64,000 nt of DNA from Octopus bimaculoides. Lineage: Eukaryota. The position numbers were made by a program, and so were the translations under genes. Where the stretch lies: positions 83,285,711 to 83,349,710 of the forward strand of contig NC_068988.1 in the NCBI RefSeq assembly GCF_001194135.2, given 5' to 3'. Position 1 is the stretch's first letter, and the number at the start of each line of letters is the position of its first letter. This document shows positions 37,002-51,379 of this stretch, one piece after another. Below the pieces are notes generated by a model. That model was not told where the DNA came from. It saw nothing but the letters and a program-made list of their open reading frames with translations, and searched no databases.

Positions 37002-38730
37002 CAGGGCCGTCGCTAAGCCCCTGCAACCCGTACCGTCGCAGAGGCCTCCGCATTTGAGGGGCCCCATCTTAAGTTCAAAGTACATAGATAAGCCATCTAT
37101 TTCCTTTGATTAAAATGTTAACTGAAAATTTCAAACCAGACGAGGAATAAAATATGAAGGTGTGCCGTAAATAAATTTAAAAGAAACGAAAAAAGTGAAT
37201 GGAAAAAGCTTGTCAACGAATCCCCTTGGGAGATAAAGGAAAAAGAAAGAAATCCAAAACAATGAAAATAAAAACAACTTCAACAGAAAAGACAAAAAGA
37301 AGCAATGGTGATGAAAGGTGGGTCTGTATACTTATACATACACACCCAGGCATACACACACATATATACGACTGGCTTTTATCTGTTTCGGTCTATCAAG
37401 TCCATTCACATGGCTTTGGCCAGCTCAGAGACAGAGAGATGGATAGATAGATAGACGTGTACCAAACATACACACATCTCTTAGTCTCTCTGTTTCTCCC
37501 TCTTTCTCTCTTCATTTCTCTCTCTTTCCCTGTGTTTGTGTGGCGTTGTTTGACGTTGTTGAAAAGCCGGTCACTTTGTATCTAGAACCGTGGCTTTTGA
37601 CCTCGTAAGGCAATAAAAACTGGAGACGAAATTCTTTCTGTACCAAAAACACACATACACACGTGTATCTATCGATGTACATATATAGGGATACCGATAT
37701 TGTTTGCTTATTGTCACCAAACATATCAATTCTTCAATTGTAACTAGTTTGTGATCGAGGTATTTTATTTTGTAAGGTATTATTTTCCCTTGAATTTGTG
37801 ATTTCAGAGAAAAGTAAGAATTTCTTCATATTTTGCATCTTTGGTATTTTGACTTTACAGTTTGGATTGTAGTATTATCTATCCAATCGAAATATTGCAA
37901 CAGCTAACAGTGAAATATAGAATAAAAATAGGCTTTTTCAACTGTTATCAAATCTTTGAAAACATTCACGGTAAGTTTTCAAAAATATATAATTTGAAAT
38001 AGTTTGCTTGGGTGGGGGGGACTGAAAATTTTTTGTATTTTAATTTTCTTGAATAAACTTCATCGCATACAAAAGCTGAGACAACTATACTTCGCAGTTG
38101 TTATTTTGAAATGCTTGTCTTCTGATATTTGTGAGCACATTGAATGGATATTCAACCCTATTAAATATTGGCCTTCCTAAATATGAAATAATACGATAGT
38201 TCCAGCCCCAAATAAATTTAACTTGTACTTATAAAGATGTTCTTTAGGATAACATTAAATATTGAATGTCAGGTAGAATAAAGTAAAATATAGCTATGAA
38301 TAAAAGGTTCGTGAAAATGCACCATTTTGAGCGTGGCCGTTGCCAGTACCGCCTGACTGGCCTTCGTAGGATTTTCGAGCGAGATCGTTGCCAGTGCCGC
38401 TGGACTGGCTCTTGTGCGGGTGGCACATAAAAGACACCATTTCGAGCATAGCCGTTGCCAGTACCGCCTGACTGGCCTTCGTGCGGGTGACATGTAAAAG
38501 CACCCACTACACTCTCTGAGTGGTTGGCGTTACGAAGGGCATCCAGCTGTAGAAACTCTGCCAAATTAGATTGGAGCCTGGTGTTGCCATCCGGTTTCAC
38601 CAGTCCTCAGTCAAATCGTCCAACCCATGCTAGCATGGAAAGCGGACGTTAAACGATGATGATGATTGAAGAGATGAGGCCTTAAACAAAAAGTTGCATG
38701 GGGCTTCTAAAAGTCATGCGATGGCCCTTG
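37002..38730. mobile_element. hAT-type non-autonomous element inserted in an S1 SINE, 8-bp TSD
   Basis: Ends cagggccgtcgc...gcgatggcccttg. TSD CCAAAGTG (36994-37001) and CCAAGGTG (38731-38738). SINE halves at about 36950-37001 and 38731-38805. Confidence 0.75.
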
Positions 38731-38929
38731 CCAAGGTGCCAGGCATTGGGACTGAACCCAGAACCATGTGGTTTAGAAGCAAGCTTCTTACCACATAATC
38801 ACATCAAAGAAATGGACTAGTTGATTCTCTGGAAATAAGAGGACATACACACGTGTTTCTGACTCCATAAGTCATACATACGTATTTCTGGTTCTATACA
38901 TTGGACAATTGTCCAACCTTTCTCCAGTA

Positions 38930-40790
38930 ATCAAGGGACTTGGAATTATATAAAAAAGAGTCAAACACATTTATGACCTACGTAATGTGTATAATTTAAA
39001 CAAAAATGAGCTATGAGAAATAATTCCGAATGATTAGTAGCATGCAAAATTGTCTAACATCCATTCTGGGGTTAAATGGACTTTGTGAGAAGATGCTGAA
39101 ACATGTATGGTCTTCCACTATGTACTTTATCCAGAGTTTAACAACTATCTCCAGCATCTCAATGTATGCAGTAGCATTAGTCCTAAGACTCTATGCAGAG
39201 ATGTGAGGTGTCACGACATGACTTTCGTAACTAGCCACTCCTAAAACAATCATCACAGTTGCTAAAGTCTTAGTATGCATCACTCTAAGGATATCAGAAG
39301 GATTTGCGCATAACCATCTGACTGACATTTCTTCTGGTAGACTTTTGGTATTGATCAAAGTTTTTCTCATCAGTGAAGAACTAATGCGTGCCATACCTGA
39401 GAACATTTTTAACCGCTTGCCATGGATTAAACAGTTTACTTGTGTCTTTGCTGATGTGTTTTTCTCAGACAACTCGAAATGAACTACACTGATGCTCATT
39501 TACAATCAACACATGATGCCAAGTCAAGAGTATAAACACAAACATGCATAGATAGATAGATAGGCAGGTGGTTGACTGGCTGGCTAGACAGACAGATTGA
39601 TAGACATCTACTCCATAGACCTTAAAAACCGCAAGATACTGATATCAACTGGAAATCTTCACAGAAATAGTGATATTGACAGGCTCTACCTAAGAAGAGA
39701 TAAAAGAGTTAGAGGCTTGAGAGCAGTACAGACAGCCTTCAAATGTCATATTGTCACTTTCAGATAGTACTTGCTTACATTTATTTAGTGCCAAAAAGTG
39801 AAAAAAATAATATTCTATTGTCTGCAGCGAGCGCCTCAGAAAACACTGTCTTCCTGATGACCTCCCATACAACCCTAAAACAGCCGGACTAACATACCTG
39901 GAAGAAGATACAGAGGAGAAACACTTAGCATACCTAAAAAAGACCATGCATGGGTATGTCTCCTTAAGACTTGAGGAAGACAGTAACCTTGACATGAGAG
40001 GTACCTCTCTTAGACTCATGACTGCCACATCACACCTCTAAAGCTATGCATTTGCAATCCAAGAACTGGAGATTGTTACTAAATACCTAATACACAAAAG
40101 AGACAGTGAAGCCCTTGGAGTTTCAAGATGCAACCAAACATGTGGATAATATCATATTTCTGTGGAAAACATCACATCTGTGATTAGCTGCTGCTCAAAA
40201 GTGTCATCAAAGTATTACCTCTCTATGCGACACATTGCAAAAACAATATACAATGCTATCCAGAAGAAATACAGTCCTGGAATAAATATAAAGAACCACA
40301 ATGTTGAAAACATACACAAATATCAACACATGGAATACTGTTGGAACACTCCTATCAAAATATCTGTCAAGTGTAAGTCTAATAGGTCAGATATCGTATT
40401 GGACATAAAAGAAAAAGTATGTCTTAGTGGTCAACTGTCCTACTGATGCATATATCTCTTTGAAAATCAAAAAGAAAGAAGATAATTATGGACAACTGCT
40501 TCAAGACCTTCAGTTTCTATACCCAAATTACAAATTTACATTTATACCAATAATAATTGATGCATTTGGCTTTGTGAATAAATGCCTAAATGACAGTCTG
40601 GATAAGCTTGGATTTTTCAGAAAAAGAAATTAACCAACTTACACATTACAAATACACTCTGTAAGTGGAACAGTAAAGATATGCATGTTTAAAATGTGAC
40701 ATTGTTTTCATTAACTAGATTCCAATGATGGAGCTTTGCATCTTTGTTAGAAACCAAATCCTTCCTCAAAGGAAGAATTTAAATAATTAA
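38930..40790 (+). mobile_element. Decayed R4/Dong-like non-LTR retrotransposon with C-terminal restriction-like endonuclease
   Basis: RNSDIDRLYLRRDKRVRGL, ENITSVISCCSKVSSKYYLSMRH (CCHC region), RSDIV and KEDNYGQL...FIPIIIDAFG. Confidence 0.75.
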
Positions 40791-40804
40791 AAACAGAAGC
40801 GGTT

Positions 40805-40835
<31 letters not shown>

Positions 40836-41407
40836 CAAGTTCCTTTCAGTTTCCCTCTACCAAATTCACCCGGGGCTTTAGTTGGCCCACGTACTAGAAA
40901 ACGCTAGACCAAAGTACTGTGCCATGGGACAGATTCCAAAACCACATGGTTGGGAAGTAAGCTTCTTAACGACAGTCAGGGACAGCGCCTACACACATGC
41001 ATGCATGTGTATGCAAATATACATGCACACATGCATGCATACACAGGTATATGTATATACAAATCCAAGAAGAAAAAACAACAAAAGCCATTAGTATGTA
41101 CACAATAAATATATTAGATTGACTCTCTGAAAGATTTAAATAGAAACATAGGAGTAGAAAGAAAAAAGAGCAGATAATCCAGATAAAAGCACGTATTGTT
41201 ATATGGCTTAAAGATAACTGACTGGAAGTTGGAGAGAGATAGAGGATGTAGTTTTTGAATTCAGGAGTATGCAAAAAAAGCTCTCTCTCTCTTTCTCTCT
41301 CTTACACAGTGTGTGTGTGATATTTGTGTAGAGTGGATATATATATGTATACAAGTCTGTGTTTCCTTATGTGAGTGTGTGAGATCTAACTGTGGTGTAT
41401 GTATACA

Positions 41408-41440
<33 letters not shown>

Positions 41441-41621
41441 CTCATGTGATCGCGTGATTGATCAGACTGTTGGATGTTGTTATTATATTGCTTGTCACAA
41501 TGCACTTCGCATCATTTTAGCTGTTGAATGATGCTAGGTGAGCAGGCCAATATGTATATATATGTGTGTGTGTATACACACACACATATACAGACAGACT
41601 CACACATGTATACAGAAAGAG

Positions 41622-41654
<33 letters not shown>

Positions 41655-42135
41655 AAGTGAGAAAGAAAGAGAGAGGAATAAAGGTATATCAAACACCATG
41701 TAAGATAAATTTCTGAAATCTTGAAATATTTTTCTTTTTAAGAGTAGAGAAATACCTTGAGAAAATTGGTCCAACTCCACTAAAGAAGGAGAGATGATAT
41801 TAAGAATCAAGGATACTCCTGAATTGACAGACTATTAAGGAAGAGACTTTTACATTGCTTATATATCACTTAGTATGTCTGCTTGATTTAAGCTAGGACA
41901 AATACTGTGCTGATGACAACTATTGAGACACGAACATGATTCAACAACTGTTCTTTTACACCCAATCAAATTGTCTTTTCCTTAATGACGTATCTGTTTC
42001 AGAGAATCCTTGATTTTTGTGATTACCTCCCCTTTTCATTTGGTGTCGATCATAATCTCTACAAGGGATTTGTTTATTCACCTTTCAGAGTAAAGGTAAT
42101 TTCTATGAATCAAGAGTATATCCTATATGGATCTC

Positions 42136-42190
<55 letters not shown>

Positions 42191-42559
42191 ACCGATAAAG
42201 GTTTTTTTCATACTGAACTACTTGGCAGAATTGTTAATTATTAATTCTATTATTAATTGACGATTCTCTGCCCTTATTCTTGTATATCTATTTATGTATG
42301 TATCTGTAGGTCTCTCTGTTTGTCTGATAGTCTGTATGTATGTATGCAGGCATGTAGGTGTATATATGTGTTTAGCATATGTTTAGCAATGAAGAAAGGG
42401 TCCAAACCAAAATAGGAGTTGTCTTTATTTTAAGTTAATCATCTGTTTTATTGTTAATAATTGAAAATGGAACAAGACTGTTCCAAGAAAAGAGAATGAC
42501 AAAATGTGGTTGAAAAAGTGATTAACATTGTGGCTTTATTCCATATGTGAATTTGGTGC

Positions 42560-43930
42560 TCACTTTCGTAATTTAGTTGGACACCTTGCCTGATTGTGTC
42601 TAGATGAAAGAAGTAATAAGAAATTCTAAGGAAGACTTCCTCATACAAGAATTTCAGTTTTTAAGGTCTTACACTGTACTGAGTAGGGGACATATCATAT
42701 CCAGTTCATGACTCTTGGATACCCCTCTGCTGCCACATTCTATGCTACTGTCTGCATTGCAACCTGCACCTTCCTGGGTGGCCAAGGTACTCTGGATGTT
42801 GCGACCACTTTGTTCCAAGACAACAGCTCAACGTAGGTTAAATTATGTCCTCTGAAGTTCACTTTCATTCCTCCTTGATCAGACCCTGTTGGAATTCTCA
42901 GCTTCTTCTCTCATTGCCTGGTTATCTTCCTGGCAGAAACTGAGAGCTGTTTCATAAGAGCATTCGCAGATTTGCCCATAAACTCCTCTCACTCCCCTGT
43001 CTAAGTCAAGGACTTTGGTTTGGAAGCCAGATTCTCTCAGGTTGATGGCTAAACTATCATATTTGTTGGCTTACTCCATATTGCTCTTCATATGGCAGAG
43101 TAAGTTCAATTGAGAATCGCCTGTTTTGATGAAAGTAAGAGGAGTAGAATATCCAGTCTCATACTACTCTTGTTAATGATATCTTTTTCGACTGACATAT
43201 GCAAATATTTATTATCTATGAGGTATGTCATTAACCTTGCTGCCATTACAGAGATTTTCTCAACGTTCAGAGGTAATATTAGATTAAACCGATCGATGTT
43301 ACATGAGTTCTGTTCTTTGGAAGTATACACTCTATCAGCTATCATCCACTGGTTGTTGATCTTCAGGTTCATCCATGTTAACCTTAAAAATTTTTGGAGC
43401 CACGCATGAACATTGGAACATTTTTTATATATCAGATAAAGAATTCCATTTGAGCCAGGTAATGATTCGGCCCTGACTCTTTGAACTACCTTTTTAAACT
43501 TCACTCAATGCTAGTGATTTGTTGTTGAACATTTCTTCTGGAACTGCTGACTATACCAGGTCCTGGATCTCAAATGGAGGGAAGAGAGTCAGAATTTTAT
43601 TTAAGAGATTCTTTACTCACTGTGAGTGTCCCAGACTTTGACTGCTTGAATAGTTTCTTGGCAAACTGGAAAGGGTCTCTAGAAAAGCAGTCTTCTCCTT
43701 TCCGCTGATTCTGCTTTATACTGATGGCACTGAGTCTTGCTTTCAGGTCTTTCCAAAGCTTTTCCAGCCCTGCAATCTTTATCTGTTTCTTGAGATCTCT
43801 ATCCTTTCACCTGAATTTATGCAGAGATGCTTTCACTCGTGACAATTTTACTCCACAGGCATCCCTATAGGTTGCATACATCGTATCTAATGTGACTAGG
43901 TTGTGTCCCAAAATGCTCCTTCCTATCAGC
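42560..43930 (-). mobile_element. Decayed HERO/NeSL-group non-LTR retrotransposon (N-terminal RT region)
   Basis: RAESLPGSNGILYLIYKKC...VYTSKEQNSCNIDRF...LNVE..I...ARL..YL..NKYLHMSVEK parallels the HERO-type SAPGPNG/EGVYIPKE/YIDTSVQK blocks (recalled). Confidence 0.7.
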
Positions 43931-44299
43931 TCAAGAGCCCAGGAACATGGGGTGTAGGGGGTGCACTTGCACCCACTAAATTTTGTTGGGGTGCAAAATT
44001 CAATATTGCATCTACTACTTACCTTCCTCGTGGTTAGAAAATAGTGTTTAAAAATTGAACTATAAAAAGTTAGTTGAAGTTAGGTTTCTTCACAAAACAA
44101 GAACAAAAGACTAAAATAAATAAAAAGAAAATCTCCCCAAATCCCTAGAAAGATATATTACTGAACTAAAGCATTTTCAACATTAAAATTAAAATCATAT
44201 ATATATATATGGGAGAATATACAAATAATAACAACAGACGAGGACAGGTGGTGTAAATAACAAAAGTATATATTAGTATGACGCTCGGGAATACGGAAA

Positions 44300-44376
<77 letters not shown>

Positions 44377-44379
44377 ACA

Positions 44380-47170
44380 ACCACAGCCACTCTCAGTACT
44401 AGCACAATTGATGAACTATTTAACTCCACAATCAAAAGCCCTTCACATTTCAGCTATCCACATCCTCATTTCCTTGGAATACCACAAGTGACCCTTCATC
44501 ATCATTGTCTTCGTGTTCTACTGCTACTTCTCTTACCAAAATTAAACAATAGCAACAAGATCAACATTGGAAGTCACTCTTCAATACTAGAAGAATTGAT
44601 GACAAATCAAACTCCACAATCAAGACCCCTTCACAGTGTGGTTATCCACTTCCTCATTTCCTCTGAATATCCTAACTGGCCCATCATCACCATTGCCATC
44701 ATATTCTACTGCTACTATCCTTACTACAACAACAAAAAAATAGCAACAACAATAAAATCAGTATTGGAAGTCACTCATCAATACTAGAACAATTGATGAC
44801 CTATTAAACAACACAGTCTCTAGCTCTTCTCCACAATCAGGCCACTGAGATTCTTCTCAGAATAACACAAGAGATCCATCATCACCATCATCATCCTATT
44901 CTACTGTACTACCATTACCACTAGTACTACTCCAATTAATGAAGAATCACTCCTTTCTTCTCCTACTATCCACCTCAATCTGAATGTATACATGATAGCT
45001 CTATGATAAATCTGCCAACTGTAAATAAAAGGAAATTATGAACACACAAAACCCCTAAATATGCCACTATTCTCAACGTGAGAGACTATGCATATGCAGT
45101 GACTGTAACTTCACCTATTTCCCTGAGACAAGCCACACATTTCATACAAACAATACCAGCCAATGTGAAACCACACATCTCACAGCACCACCATCACTAC
45201 CACTAAATGTTAAATCACACTTAATAACTTCTACACATGTAATCCGGAATCTTAAAGTCTTTTGCCATCCCAAACACAAAAGATTATGTCTCATCTTCCA
45301 AGAACTTCATGCATTAATAAAAGCATGACACCAAATTCACAGTAGAAACATCCCTTACAGTGGCAGCATTGGTCCGGACCTTCATTGAAACCCAGAAGTC
45401 ACCCAAGATATCTACTGGATACAATAGTAAAATCAACAGCTGCAAACAATACAACTATAACCATATTCAACAGTGCAACCCTACCAACTTTAGACAACAA
45501 CTCCTCCCAAAACAAGAAAATTCTCTTTTAGCAATGATGAATTTGGTAAATGAAATTTTAAAAAAATTTCTAATTCTCATACAGCACCAGCCAATGCTAC
45601 TACCCCAGTGCACAACCACATCATTGCTGTCATTAACCCACAATCTCTACTTAATAATAATCTCAACTGTACAAGGTCTTTCACACTTCACAAATCGAAC
45701 AAAAGTATCATATCTTAGAGACCTTGTACATCGAGAAAAGACAATATGTGTAGCACTGAGTGAAACGCAACTGATCCCAGATATATTGGATGCAGAAGTA
45801 CATGTGTCAGGTTATATACTACTCAAAATTGACTACAGAATGTGGAAACAAGGAGAAATAACAATCTTCATCCAAGAAGACCTGGCAACAAATGCCCTCC
45901 TCTCCCACTCCAACACAGTGTGCAATACACTAATAATGCATGTGAGTGACCTCAATTTGATCAGAGGCATTACCTACTGTCTTCCTGGCGCAGCTAACAT
46001 GAAGATCACTTCAAAAATGCTTGTTACTAATAAGTCAAACCCCAAATGAGCCCAGCCCACAGGTCAATGTACTTTTAGTGGGGGACTTTAATTTTCCTAG
46101 TTTCAGCTGAAACTAAACAACTGAACAGAAGAGATATGAATGCTTATCTCGATACCACTAAAGACTTCCTCTTGTAACAAATCATTACCTGTCCAACTAG
46201 GGAAAATAACATACTCAGCTTAGTCTTTACCACCAGTACAGACTTCGTTCACAATGTTCAGGTCATTCCCACAGCTATTTCTGACCACAGAATTATACAA
46301 TTGTCAAAGAGGGCAACACACAAATAACATCAAACATGACTCATTCCACACGAATTTTAGGAGGTCAAATGGAAGGAAATTGAAATAGAAATCTTCAAAA
46401 CAAACTGGTCTCTGCATATTATGAATCCCAATGTTAACAAGGGAATGAAGTTTCTGTTTGAATAGTTAATCAGGATCTGTTGAAAGCATGCTCCATACAA
46501 ACATGCCTATTCCTGCAAGCACTTGATTCTGTAAGATAGAGGGATACTAATGTGCAACAGAATCAAACCAACAAAACAACTGAAAAACCAAACTCTCAAT
46601 AGATAAGATTGAAAAAAAAAGAACATCAAACTGGACCTAAAACTATCTCATGGAAAATAAACTTTGCTAAGGGAACAACAAGCAGTGTAAAATATAAAAT
46701 CTATTTCTAAGTTCTTCCACTTTGCTAAACAAAAATCAGCTATACATAACCAGATTGACTCTCTACTGGATTGAAATGGATCATATTACAAATGATTCAT
46801 CATATGCACATTCTTGAGTTGACATTATGACTGCATTTTCCCAACCTGTGGTTAACAAAGTAATATATGAGCTAAATGAATTCTTTGACCTCCAGAACTC
46901 ACCTGCAGAGATACATCTAAAAATTGATATGATGGAAAATGGTATACTTACAGCTAATGACCCAGATTCAAACTCAGCATCTGGACCAGATGGTCTCCCT
47001 GCCATACTGCTAAAAACATGCAAAAACAGCCTTGTGAAACCATTAAAGATACTATTTCAAAAGTCGTTAGATACTGGCAAATTCCCAGAACTACTGAAAG
47101 ACACAACAGTAACACCTATACACAAAAGAGGGTAGCAGGGCTGAAGCTAAAAATTACAGTCTGATATTCA
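44380..47170 (+). mobile_element. Decayed CR1-like LINE 5' half (low-complexity leader, APE endonuclease, linker)
   Basis: ICVALSETQL, GDFNFP-like ggggactttaattttcct, PTRENNIL, SDH and SASGPDGLPAILLKTC...VTPIHKRG. Confidence 0.8.
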
Positions 47171-50100
47171 GAGGACCTCAACTGTTCAGCTGCCTGCCTA
47201 AAGTAATCAGAATATCAAATGAACCTCTACTGAAACATTAAACAAAAAGAAACATTGGATAAACTCCTAACAATAATACCAGACCAGTCAGCCACTGAAG
47301 GATGCATTCAGAGGAGATCAGCTGCCACAAAACTGATAGAAAATAAATGAAAGTGGTGCACCACTATGGCTGCAGTCCTATGACTGAAACCGCCCAACTT
47401 CATGGTTTCGGGTTCAGTCCCACAGTATGGCACCTTGGGCAAGTGTCTTCTACTATAGCCTTGGGTCAACCAAANNNNNNNNNNNNNNNNNNNNNNNNNN
47501 NNNNNNNNNNNNNNNNNNNNNNNNNNNNNNNNNNNNNNNNNNNNNNNNNNNNNNNNNNNNNNNNNNNNNNNNNNTATATACATATACATATATATATATA
47601 TATAAATATATACATATATATATACACATACAAATATATAAATATCTAAATACATATCTACATACACATATATTTTCATACATACGTATGCATACATATA
47701 TATACATACATATGTATGTAATTACTATCTTTCATTAAATCATTTCATTACTCTTTGTTTGTCTCGCCCATTTCTTCCCTCTTCCACACTCTCATCCCAT
47801 GACTCTGTCTCTCCCTTCATACTCTTGCTTCTTTCACTCTCCCTACTCTGCTTCACCTTCTACCCTACCCACTATTGGACAGCATACAGTGGTGAGGGCC
47901 CTTTTCGTCTTACAGGGTACCAAGGTAACCTTATTAGTGCTGGTGCCAAGATAAAGTGTTTAGTACACTCTGTAAAGTGATTGTTGACTGAAAGGCCTTT
48001 TTTAACCCAGTCACACTATGTTCATGCTATAACGAGAATAGTTTAAATGCCATATCTCCTGGATTCCCACTAAAGTGGTAATGAACAATACACGAAGAAG
48101 ATAAAATACTAAAAATAGACAACAGATCATGTTGCAGCTTTGTTTCTAGTGTGTTTATGACTCATTGATAATGGTGTCCCCCATATCTGTTGTTTACTCT
48201 TGTTTTTAGTCGAGAAAAAAAAAAACAGCTGATTTTACAATAAAATGAGCATGTGATGAGCCCAGCACTTAGTCTTGTAAACAAGCAAGGCTTAGACTCC
48301 TTGCTGTTGAGGAAATTATTGATGACACTTATTCTTCAGACAAAGAGTTTACACTTATGCCAGCAAAGAGAATGATGAGGAAATTAGTGATTCAGGGGAA
48401 CAAATATAGTAGTTGAGACAGGCCTATTATTGTTATTTTCCTGAATTTTTTTTGTGATTCCGTCCTTTTTTACCTTAATAAATATGGTAGTTGAGAGAAG
48501 GGCTTGTTATTGTTTTTCTCCTGAATGTTTTTCGTGATTCTGTCCATCAGTTTTCCTGCAATTGTTACTCGTGAGCTGTATATGCAACTATTTATTTTTG
48601 GGCTCAGGAGTCCAGTTGGAGGGTAGAATTATACACAGGGTCTCAAGTTTGAGATGGTTAATCCTGTCTTGTTGAAGACATGACAACTAATCCAGTGTTA
48701 GCACCATGGTAAAATACAGTTTTTTTTTCAAAGAAAAATCTTATCCCCAAAAATTGATTATAATTTTGAAGGTGATGCAATATCTAAAGGATTCTTTTGT
48801 CTTGCTAAGGACATGACAACCTCACTGCTTGAAATGCACTCCGTACACTCTGTAAAGTGGTTGTAGTTAGGAAGTGTATAAGGCAGAAGGAACCATGTTG
48901 AACTTGGAGTAAATTAAGTAATACTGAAGTTGACCTTTAATATAACTAACATAAATTCTAATTTAGTTGAAATATAAAAGTGAAGTAAAAAATTGGTTTT
49001 GCTTTGTTCAAAATACACACAGTGCCCTATATATTTTCAGATTTTAATTTATTTTTAATGCATTACATTTTAAGCTACTCATGCATAGAGTAGGCATTGT
49101 TTCATTTTGTTTCACTGTACTGATTGTTTTGAAACAAACACAATCTTTGCAATTGTTATTTTAAAAACATTGAACTGTTGGAGAAGTAGATCATGATACT
49201 TGAACTGAAGAAAGCAAACTTTTGTTTTGGGTTTCTTATAGTGCAGGTGTCCTTGTGTTTGCTTTCCAACCACATGGTTCTGAATTCAGAAGTTTAGAGA
49301 TGTAACACAGTATGTGGAGCTTTAGACAAGTGCATTCTGCTATAGTCCTGGGCCAACCAGAGCTTTGTGAACAGGTCTAGCAGGCAGAAACTGAAAGAGA
49401 CCCATTGCTTATATGGTAAGAAACTTGCTTCCAAACCACATAGTTCCAGGTTCAGTCTCATTGCATGGTAACTTAGGCAAGTGTCTTCTACTATATCCTT
49501 GGGCTGACCAAAGCCTTATGAGTGGATTTGGTAGACAGAAACTGAAATAAGCCCATCTGAAAGTGAAATAAGGCCCGAGCTGGCAGAAACGTAAGCACGC
49601 CGGGTGAAATGCTTAGCGGTATTTCGTCTGCTGTTACATTCTGAGTTCAAATTCAGCCGTGGTCAACTTTGCTTTCATCCTTTCAGGTTCAATAAATTAA
49701 GTACCAGTTACGCACAGGAGTCGATGTAATTGACTTAATCCCTTTGTCTGTCCTTGTTTGTCCCCTCTATGTTTAGCCCCTTGTGGGCAATAAAGAAATA
49801 AGAAACTAAAATAAGCCCATCATATATGTATGTATGTATGTATGTGGGTGTGTGTCTTTGTGTTTGTCCCCCACCACCTCTTGGCAACTAGTGTTGGTGT
49901 GTTTATATTCCCCGTAACTTAGCTGTTCTGCAAAAGAGACCTTAAGTCCTGGGGTTAATTTGTTTGACTAAAACCCTTCAAGGCAGTGCCCCAACATGGC
50001 CACAGTCAAATGATTGAAGCAAGTAAAAGTTAAAAAAGTATATCTATTTAATGTACATATATGTATGTGTTTGTGCGTGCATGTCTTAATGTTTCCTTGC

Positions 50101-51317
50101 TTTGATATCACATGGTAGTTGTAAACAAATGTCATCATGCATGTAGTGTTTTCCTTCCCAAATATTCTGTGAAAACATGTCTGCTCATGGGGAAATATTA
50201 CCTTACTAGAAAACAGGTGAGGGTTGGTGACAAGAAGGGCACCCAGCTGTAGAAAACCAATTTCACCAAATTCTGTCTGACTCAAGTAAGCCTGGGAAGG
50301 TGGATGTTATAACAATGATGGTAGTTGAGAAGCTGAAAAGATGCAACAACTTCTGGTATATTTTCCTCTTAACATCCCCTGAATAATATTCTGGTAAGAG
50401 ATGGGCTTCTGTCTTCTCTATTGAGCATAATTCTACTTTACGTATGGCATGTACACCCTTTGTAACTTTTTTATTTTTTGGAATTTTCAGAAAATTTTTG
50501 CAAATTTGTATTTGACACATGGAAATTCACAAGACTATGAAAAAATTAACAAAATCCTTTTTTTTAAATCAGTTTGAAATACTCGCAGTCCAAATTTTTG
50601 GCTTAAAACCCAACAGTAGACCATTAAATATGTTTATTGGGAGAAAGATACTGAAAAACATCAGTACATCAAACTGACAAACAATCAATGAGGGTATGAC
50701 GTGCTAAAAGTAACAGCTAAATAGCCTTTAAATCACGCAGCAAAATTTTTTTTGCTTTCAGTTTTTGCATAATTGTATGAATTCCTGTGTGTGGAATACA
50801 AATTTACAAAATTTTCTGAAAATTCAAAAAAATAAATGTTCTGAGGGGTTGGTTATATGCCGTGCATAAAGCAGAATTCTGCCCTCTGTTGCTTATCTTT
50901 TCTATAGACCAGTGATTTTCAGTTGGGGTCCATATGACCCATTGAAGGTCTATGCAAGCAAAATAATAAATTGGATCTGCAAGCATTATTTTAAGGGTCC
51001 ATGAAGAAATTTTGCTAGAAACAGCTAGGTTTCTTTCACTAATAGGATTTACATAGTTCAACCTATACAAGTGAATGTATGATAAGCAAAATAGAAATTT
51101 TGGAGAAAAAAAGTATCAATAAAACTAGTTTTTAAACACTGAATGGATATGGGGGTCCACCAGAATAAAATTGTAATCAAAGTGGTCCACAGATGAAAAA
51201 ATAATTGAGAAATACTCCTATAGGCAATCAGTTGCAGCAATAACTTTTTACTGATATTGAACCATTATTAAATATATCTTTTACTTATATTTCAGGCATA
51301 ACTACCTCAGCTTCAAT

Positions 51318-51379
51318 ATGATGCCAGTAATATCTCCGGGAGAAGGCTATTCAAAATCTCAAGTTTCTGTGAAAACTCG
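51318..51379 (+). CDS. Multi-Tudor protein, probable first coding exon (exon 51296-51379)
   Basis: Acceptor ttatatttcag (51295), donor GTAACT (51380). Open frame MMPVISPGEGYSKSQVSVKT-R ends in phase 2, matching the next exon. Start codon assignment is uncertain because the frame is open to the exon start. Confidence 0.6.

Larger units (their letters stand above)
10827..47574. other. Assembly gaps (N runs) at 10827-10836, 18268-18622, 19805-19814, 27310-27975, 28626-28725, 36480-36669, 47475-47574
   Basis: N runs, mostly next to microsatellites or repeats. The span given only brackets the gaps. Confidence 0.99.

Noticed and set aside
40720-40770. Possible hammerhead remnant at the 3' end of the R4-like element
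   Set aside because: Core has several substitutions and stem II is not convincing.
44278-46049. Long ORFs 44278-44787 and 45360-46049 as host genes
   Set aside because: Explained by (TA)n, low-complexity leader and LINE endonuclease remnants.
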